Below are positions 63,351-64,000 of a DNA stretch of 64,000 bases, in pieces; positions within the stretch are counted from its first letter, which is position 1, and each line of letters begins with the position of its first letter. The notes below the pieces were generated by a model that saw nothing but the letters and a program-made list of their open reading frames with translations, was not told the origin of the DNA and made no database searches. Made by a program: the position numbers and the translations under genes. The DNA comes from Gammaproteobacteria bacterium. GTDB lineage: Bacteria; Pseudomonadota; Gammaproteobacteria; Eutrophobiales; Eutrophobiaceae. The DNA is taken from positions 160,001 to 224,000 of the forward strand of contig OZ244905.1 in assembly GCA_965221695.1 (NCBI GenBank), given 5' to 3'.

Positions 63351-64000
63351 ACCGGAACGCGCCTGGCCTGTTCGCTCGACTGGAACAGGCCGTTGAAAAA
63401 TACACGCCGGATCCGCTGGTTTTTGCCGTGTTCCTGACCGTGGTCATGCTGGCGCTGGTACTGATCATCACCGACGCCGGGCCGGATGAGGCCGTTTCAG
63501 CCTGGGGCAACGGGCTGCATGGTCTGCTGGCTTTTACCATGCAGATGTGCCTGATGGTGGTGACTGCCCATGTGCTTGTGCATACGGGTCCTGTCGAGAA
63601 GCTGTTGCAGGCTCTGGGACGTGTGCCTGGCAACGCCTGGCAGGCATACCTGGTGGTGATAGTGTCGACAGCGGCCTTCAGCCTCGCGTGCTGGCCTTTG
63701 GGCCTGATTGCGGGTGGGCTTATCGCACGCGAAATCGCTTCCACAGCCCGGCAACGGAAAATCATCATCAATTATCCGCTGTTGACGGCCGCCGCGTTCG
63801 GCGGGTTTGTGGTCTGGGAAATGGGTTATTCGTCCTCCATCGGACTTGCGGTGGCCACGCCGGGCAACCCGCTGGAGCAGAGCATAGGCGGCGTTATCCC
63901 GGTTACCGAGACCTTGCTGAGCTGGTGGAACCTGTTGACCATAGTCACGACCCTGACGGTTGTTTTCCTGGTGGTTCTGTTCCTGGCGGGCCGAAAGCGC
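63347..64000 (+). CDS. AtoE-like short-chain fatty acid transporter, 3'-truncated by window edge
   Basis: Not in the ORF track; ATGA overlap with the amidase stop; KYTPDPLVFAVFLT, WGNGLHGLLAFTMQM, WEMGYSSS. Confidence 0.85.
   Translation, partial: MNRNAPGLFARLEQAVEKYTPDPLVFAVFLTVVMLALVLIITDAGPDEAVSAWGNGLHGLLAFTMQMCLMVVTAHVLVHTGPVEKLLQALGRVPGNAWQAYLVVIVSTAAFSLACWPLGLIAGGLIAREIASTARQRKIIINYPLLTAAAFGGFVVWEMGYSSSIGLAVATPGNPLEQSIGGVIPVTETLLSWWNLLTIVTTLTVVFLVVLFLAGRKR

Overview
Gammaproteobacterial chromosome segment, assigned from the 16S/23S sequences and the hemL-thiE-thiD-hemJ and argC-erpA-anmK-tyrS gene order. 1-7.1 kb: a putative N-heterocycle catabolic operon (cyclic amidohydrolase, C-N hydrolase, CoxG, three-subunit molybdenum hydroxylase, GntR). 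8.5-39.1 kb: a mosaic aromatic-catabolism region. It holds a rearranged aniline-dioxygenase-like module (Rieske alpha/beta plus TdnQ/AtdA1-like gamma-glutamyl ligase) behind a YCF48-RND-DUF1302-DUF1329 envelope module and a sigma54 promoter. It also holds an XylR/DmpR-type activator, a toluene monooxygenase operon split by an IS3 element, a phenol hydroxylase operon, xylT-xylE and a meta-cleavage hydrolase, with toxin-antitoxin pairs and MITE copies at both ends. 39-52 kb: housekeeping genes, a third TA pair and two lipoproteins. 52.3-59.5 kb: an rRNA operon with ERIC-like repeats in its leader and spacer; its 23S gene carries two closely related group I introns (E. coli positions 1917 and 1931) separated by a 14-nt exon, only the first encoding a LAGLIDADG endonuclease. 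The window ends with an MBL hydrolase, a YbiI-like zinc finger, an amidase and an AtoE-like transporter. All family assignments come from motif recognition, not database searches.
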